From: Callorhinchus milii
Lineage: Eukaryota
DNA: 64,000 bases
Direction of reading: 5' to 3'
Assembly: GCF_018977255.1 (NCBI RefSeq)
Contig: NW_024704743.1
Coordinates: 98,210,001-98,274,000, forward strand
In this document: positions 57,729 to 64,000 of the stretch, one piece after another
Layout: every line of letters starts with the position of its first letter
Numbering within the stretch: position 1 is the first letter of the stretch
The notes under the pieces: generated by a model
The model's input: only the letters and a program-made list of their open reading frames with translations
Told to the model about the DNA's origin: nothing
Databases searched by the model: none
Program-made: the position numbers and the translations under genes

Positions 57729-58747
57729 TATATTGTACTTAGATCAAACTGTACTTAATTTCCTGAGCCACCTTTAAGCTTAAACTTGGGTTATTCAAAT
57801 CCTGCATGGACTTTATTTTGGGGGTGGGGGGGGGGGGGGGGGTGGGGGTGGGGAGGAGAGGGATGAGGAATACACAAACTGCATTCGTATAAGGAGATTG
57901 GAATGCTTGAATTTATTCTACCAAGAAACAGTAACCAAATCTTTAGCATTTTGAAGTTAGCAAATAATAACTATTCCTAATTTACCATGAGAGAAAAAAA
58001 GAACATTTCCTCCCAACAGTCGTAAAACTAGCAAGGGAGAGGTCTGGATAACTGTCTACACATGAGATATAACGTAACAATGCTGGGATCATTCTGAATG
58101 TCTGTTTATGCAAAATAGATATGAACACTGCAACAAAGGACAATGGTTGATAATATAAACAAAATCAGTAACATTCTCCGTCGGCAAACAACTGATATTC
58201 TTACACGCTGGATACTTAATAGGTCGTAAAGTAAGCAACAGTGAAGCTCAGAATGCACAAAAACAGGGGGACACAATGTCCTTTTATATCCTCCTGAACT
58301 ACACAGCTAGTAACTCACGAGTTTTACTGAACACAAAAAAAATCGATATCACAGGGTTAAAAATGCGGTATATGATATGATAATTCTCACTACATTGGAC
58401 ATTGCGCTCCTGGAGATTTCCCGGTCAATAACTGCCAGAAGAGATGCCTCCCCTGACTTTGTAAAAATGGTTTGGCTGATTAGACATTCACTGCAGCCAC
58501 TGAGCTCGCCAATGCCGCTTCACACCCGACTGCCACTTCCATTCTGATTTGGGGAACACCAACTTAGCTTTTAAACTTGTTCCTCTTAACTCACCTCTCT
58601 AACGCAGATAAAGTTGCTCTCTGCTATTCTTTGATAAAACCTTTCACTAATGATTTCATTGTAACATTGTCCCTTTCTGTGTGTAAAATTCAAAACACCC
58701 TGTAACAGTGAATGTGGTGACAATAATCACCATCACACATACGGTAA

Positions 58748-59058
58748 CAATAATAACCCTTTGCATCTGATATAGCCCTTTATCACAGAACGTACTGTGA
58801 AGTGAATTGACTGTATATTTTGTGGGCGAAACGCGGCAGCAGTGTCCCACAAACAGTTGTGGATTGAGTGACCAAATTTTTTTAAAAAGGGATTATTATC
58901 CCTTATTATCTGCCAATCGACTAACAACCGGGTTCCTACTTACTGCTGGGTAAACAGAGGCATGTGGTAGAAGGAAACTTGCCCAACGTTTCGCCCTGCC
59001 AGGAATCAAACCCAGGTCCTCTCATTTGCGAGGCGAGTGCTCTAACCACTAAGATACG
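58748..59058 (-). mobile_element. tRNA-derived SINE, long subfamily
   Basis: Shares the extra segment with 57386-57728. Confidence 0.88.
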
Positions 59059-61020
59059 GTATTGAGAAAGAGCATTTTGTAAACCAACATAAGTATAAGG
59101 TAGTTGACGTCTAGTTGTCACAATGGCCTAAACCTTTGGAATCTGAGATTGAATGAATTGAAATACTGTACAAGAATGATGGTCTCCCCTCTCCCAGGAA
59201 AGTGTAAGAGTCCAAGGAGAAATGGGTTTGCACACATTTAACACAGTTCACTTTGAACATAATATGACAGCACAAACGTTGCCACAATTTAGGTCAGATT
59301 GCTGTCAATTGGCAATCCAATTCAGAAAGACCAAAAGGACAGTTCATTTGAGAAGTGCAAAACTGCTTTCTGTTTCAAGAGGCGGTGGGAATTTGTAGTT
59401 TGTACTAAAGCAGAGTTGAGGCCGAGTAAAGGACACTACTCTCATCTTCTCTCTGCTGTATCTGACTTGGGAGTGCTTGATCTCGTCAATGGGTGCCAAA
59501 AGTAAAATCAAATTTAATTTCCCTTTTCTGACATACATTATATTATCTCTCATCTTGAAGAGAACACAGATTCACACAAAAATGAAGTCCAACTTAATAA
59601 TAAGCACAGTTCAAGGCAAATAATAGGTTTATTAGAAACTTGATTAATTATTGATTAGTGTTGAGGCTCAAGCTCTCAGCTTACATGGTTTGAGATACTC
59701 AAGATAACCTTACTCTAATTGTGGAACATTTCACCCATTCCCAATCCCACATCTTTCAATATCGCTGGACACAAAAATCAGTAGCACAGTATAAAAATAG
59801 AAACACTGCATTACTTTATTGCACTAGTAGGAGTTTACACCACAAGGCATATATATCATTCTGTTAAAAATGACTGCTTCAAAATTCTACACAACTAATC
59901 AGAGTTACAAGCCTTTCCACCCACTGGCATATTGAACCAGCAGTTTGTAGGGAATTTGTAAATAACAAATGGTATCAGAATGGCTGTACTGCTAACTGCA
60001 CCTTGCCACCAACACCTTAAGAAAAACACAATGGAGTTTTAAACATGAATTTGGATCAGGATCACATGGATTCCCTTTCACGTATATTCTAATAATAATA
60101 ATAATAATCATAATAATCCTTGCATTTGATATAGCTCCTTATCATATCTTTGTGACATCTCAAAGAGCTTTACTGTAAAATGAATTGACTGTATATTTTG
60201 TGGGCAAAACCCAACATGTATATATGTTATAGAGTTGTGAAAGGAAGGTCTTCAGCATAAGCCACAACATTGATGACCACGTTAGAAGTGTTTCTAGAAG
60301 AAATAAATATCATTACTGAGATCGCTGTGTACATTTGTCACCAGGTCAGGGGCTTGATCTTGTTGAATGGTCATGTGTTTTCAGACCAGACAGTATTATC
60401 ATTGATGGATTTGAAACAAACCTGTAAATAGTAGGAAAGGTCATCAGCACCACAATATGAAAACACCTGGAGCCGTCCTCAAAGGCTATAAATTATAATC
60501 ACTGTTGAAATAAACAGCCATACTAAATGGGTTGTACCTGTCTTCAGCAGTAATATGTGCTGGTTATACAGAGGGAATAAAGGACATCAGGGAGTGATCT
60601 CAAGACAGTAATCTAATCGAGGTGTTAAGATGAAGTGATAAATCATCAATAAAAACATAACCATCATATAAATCCTGGAATTAAATTACTGCCCTGTAAT
60701 CATTCTGGGATACTTGACATCTGTTAATTTGATGGGGTGATTTTATTCAATTTGGGGTTTGTTTTTCTGTGGTAGTCACGGTTCGTACAAGTGCAAGCTC
60801 TTAATATGCTCTTAATGGTGTTGTGTGATGACATTCACAACAAAGGATTAATGATGGTGCTGACAATACTGCAAGCATAAGGAAGAAACAATTTGGAAAA
60901 TGTTATGGTTGTTGTATTGTTTATTACCTTTATGATTCATAAGATACACATTGCGGCATCTCTTCTTTTTCAAACACCTTCGGAACAAGAGGAGGTGACC
61001 TTCCCATCAGAGCTAACGAT

Positions 61021-62757
61021 CTCCAGTTGCACAACAAGACTGAGGCCCTTCTGATTGGCTCCGGTCAGTGCCTCCACACCTCAGGCACTGGCAGCATCAC
61101 CATCCATGGATGCACACTCTACCTCATTGAGCCAGTCCAGAACCTTGGTGTCTTGCTTGACCCTCAACCGTCCTTTCTACCCCACATTTCCATGACCTTC
61201 CCCCACCTCGGCAACGTCAGCCAGCTCCACCACCGCCTCTCCTCTTAGGCTGCCGTAACCCTCAACCATGTGTTTATTACATCTAGGCTCAATTACGCCT
61301 CCTCCCTGTTTGTTGGCCTTCCCAACTTTTCCCTCCACAAGCTGCAAATCATCCAGAACTCTGCAGCTTGTGTCCTTTCCCGCAACAGGCTCTGTGACCG
61401 TATCACCCTCACCCGGCTCCACAGGCTCCCCATCCCCCAGAGGATAGAGTTCAAAATTCGCGACAGCCTGCCTGTCTGACATCGAGTCTTGGACGAGAGA
61501 CAACTTTCTTCAGCTCAACGCGCGAAAAACCGAGGCCCCGAGGTCGAACGTTTTGTTCGACCCATGAGCTGTCCTTTCTCCCTCACATCCGCACCACAAC
61601 TGGCACCGCCTTCCATCACCTCCGGAACATCGCCAGACTACGGCATTACCTCACCCCTCACGCTGCTGAAACCCTGGTTCACGCCTTTGTCACCTCAAGG
61701 CTGGACTATGGGAACTCTCTCCTCGCCGGCCTTCCCGCCACCTCCCTCCACAAGCTGCAGGTCATTCAGAACTCTGCAGCTCGTGTACTGTCCCGCACCA
61801 GGCTTCGCGACCACATCACTCCCACCCTCGCTCGCCTCCACTGGCTCCCCATCCCCCAGAGGATTGATTTCAAGATCCTCATCCTCACCTACAAGGCCAT
61901 TCACGGCCTTGCTCCCTCCTACCTCTCCAACCTACTATTCCCCTACTTACCTGCCCGTACCCTCCGTTCCTCCGGCTCCGGTCTGCTCCACGTCCCCCGC
62001 CTCAATCGCCCTACCATCGGTGGTCGGGCCTTCAGCCTCTCAGCCCCCAGGCTCTGGAACTCTATCCCCCAGTGCCTTCGCCTTGCTTCCTCCTTCTCCT
62101 CCTACAAGGCCGGTCTCAAAACCTTTCTCTTTGACCGAGCCTTCAGCTCCCCTCTCGACTCTCTACCCCCTCCTCGCTCCCTCCCTTCCCTCCCCTCACC
62201 CTGACCATTTCCCCCCTCCTCCCTCCCTCCCTCCCCTCCCCTCACCCTAACCATTTCCCCCTGCTCGGGTCCTGACCCAACTATGCAGCGCCTTGGGACG
62301 TCCTCCTGACGTGAAAGGCGCTTTATAAATGGAATCTTGTTGTTGTTGTTGTTGCCTTCAAAACCCTCCAAGGGTTTGCTCCTACCTACCTCTACAACCT
62401 GTTGATGCCATATCAACCTGTCCGTTCCCTCCACTCATCAGGCTCCAGCCTGCGCCATGTCCCCCACCTGGCCAGCCCCACCATCGGCGGTCAGGCCTTC
62501 AGCCTCTTTGCCCCCACCCTCTGGCACTCTATCCCACATTCCCTTCACCTTGCTCCCTCCCTTGCATCCAAGGCACATCTCGAGACTCTCCTCTTTGACC
62601 GTGCCTTCAGCCACTCTCTTACCCCTACTCTCCCCGCCCTCCATCTCTCCTTATCACAATCCCCTGCTTGGGTCCAAATCCCTGACTGCCCAGCACCTTG
62701 GTACATCCTCCCGATGTGAAAGGCGCTCTATAAATGTAATTTGATGTTGTTGTTATT
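61021..62757 (+). mobile_element. Older L2 fragment (61021-61459 and 62354-62757) interrupted by a younger L2 (61460-62353)
   Basis: The first piece ends at RIEFKI and resumes at FKTLQG.APTYL after the (TGT)n tail of the inner copy. Confidence 0.88.
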
Positions 62758-62825
62758 GGATAGTTGGATGAAGAGATAGAAAACCCTGGCCAATTTTCCA
62801 CTCTCAAACCTAGGGGTTTTGAGGA

Positions 62826-63185
62826 CATAGATTCATAGATTCATAGACTGTTACGGCACAGAAGGAGGCCATTCGACCCATCGAGTCTGTGCCGGCTCTT
62901 TGACAGAGCAAGTCACTTTCACTAACCCCAATCACCAGCTTTCTCCCCATAGCCCTGCAAACCTGTCTTCCCCAGATACCTATCCAGTTCTCTCTTAAAA
63001 GCTGTTATTGAATCGGACTTCACTACCCTTTTAGGCAGATCATTCCAAATTCGAACAACTCGCTGAGTGAAAAAAATTCTTCTAACCTCCCCTCTGCTTC
63101 TTTTGGTAGATATCTTAAGACTGTGACCACGGGTCACAGACACACCTACCAGCGGAAACAGCCTTTCTTTATCTAGCCTATCGAA
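62826..63185 (-). mobile_element. CR1 LINE 3' fragment
   Basis: TRGHSLKI...FFTQRVVRIWNDLP...FKRELDRYL and an 8-mer tail, (CATAGATT)n on the + strand. Confidence 0.9.
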
Positions 63186-64000
63186 ACCAACATCTGTGGT
63201 CAGATATCAGCATAAGCCAGGACTGTGACTTTCTGGTCATAATACCATGGAGTCTATAGTTGTACCAAGTGGTGACTTTACCCAATAGGTCACTGGAAGA
63301 GCTTGTGCAGCTCTTTTGCGAACAAATTGACACATCAACTATTTTGTGATGAATCCATTCCATATATTTTGTACTGTACATGGATAACGTTTTTTTACTT
63401 AGATTTATCAACATTGTATTTGTGTCTCCTGGCTTTGAGTTGAAGCTAAATTAATTTGTCCATATTATCCATCTTTTTCAGTCTTTTAAAGGCCTGGATC
63501 ACATCACCTCTTAATCTTCATTCTTCACTGAAACTGTCCATCCTGGCAGCCCACACTCACAACTTAATCATCCTCAATTCTGAAGCAAGTGTCACTTCTC
63601 TCGAAACCATCTCCATTGTCCTTGGGTAAGATGGCCAAAACTGTATACAGAATTTAAAATTCTACATCATCACATTTCAAAAGCTTGATGTAGGGAGGCT
63701 CATTACAGATTCAATTATGAACTTGAAATTGAAAACAGAACTGTTACATACAGGAGTACATAATGACTAACAATTTTGAGAAGCATTCCTGGAGGATTCC
63801 AGGCAGATACAAATTAGTGAGACAGGGGGTATACAGTTAGGTCAGTTTTATAGATTTAGTCAGTGAGTTGAGTTTATTGCCAGTACCGTATTGTGTACAA
63901 GCTAGTCAGCTAATTTCACCCACAAAATATACAGTCAATTCACTTTACATTATGTTTGATGAAGCGCTTTGAGACGTCTCGAAGATGTGATAAGCGCTAT

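Noticed and set aside
58380..58500. Possible Harbinger transposase HTH remnant (EISRSAMSNVV, minus strand)
   Set aside because: Too short and degenerate without a profile search.

Overview
Eukaryotic, vertebrate DNA. The repeat content (L2 and CR1 LINEs, tRNA-derived and Deu-type SINEs, no recognisable L1 or Alu) suggests a cartilaginous fish, possibly a chimaera; this is an inference. The only intact protein-coding gene is the two-pore K+ channel KCNK9/TASK-3 on the minus strand. Its coding exons are 36367-36085 and 4615-3774, joined by a 31.5-kb phase-1 intron inside the GYG filter, giving 374 aa. The intron holds an antisense, intronless, disabled copy of IkB-epsilon (NFKBIE, 7946-9005). 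This copy has an L2-LINE 3' tail 8 nt after its stop codon instead of poly(A), and a perfect kB site upstream; it is the most unusual feature here. Other notable items are a perfect 32-bp hairpin, six SINE fragments truncated at the same point of a stem-loop, an L2 fragment bracketed by an inverted copy of its own tail plus flank, nested elements, and upstream AUGs in the KCNK9 leader. Most short ORFs in the track are repeat-derived or spurious.
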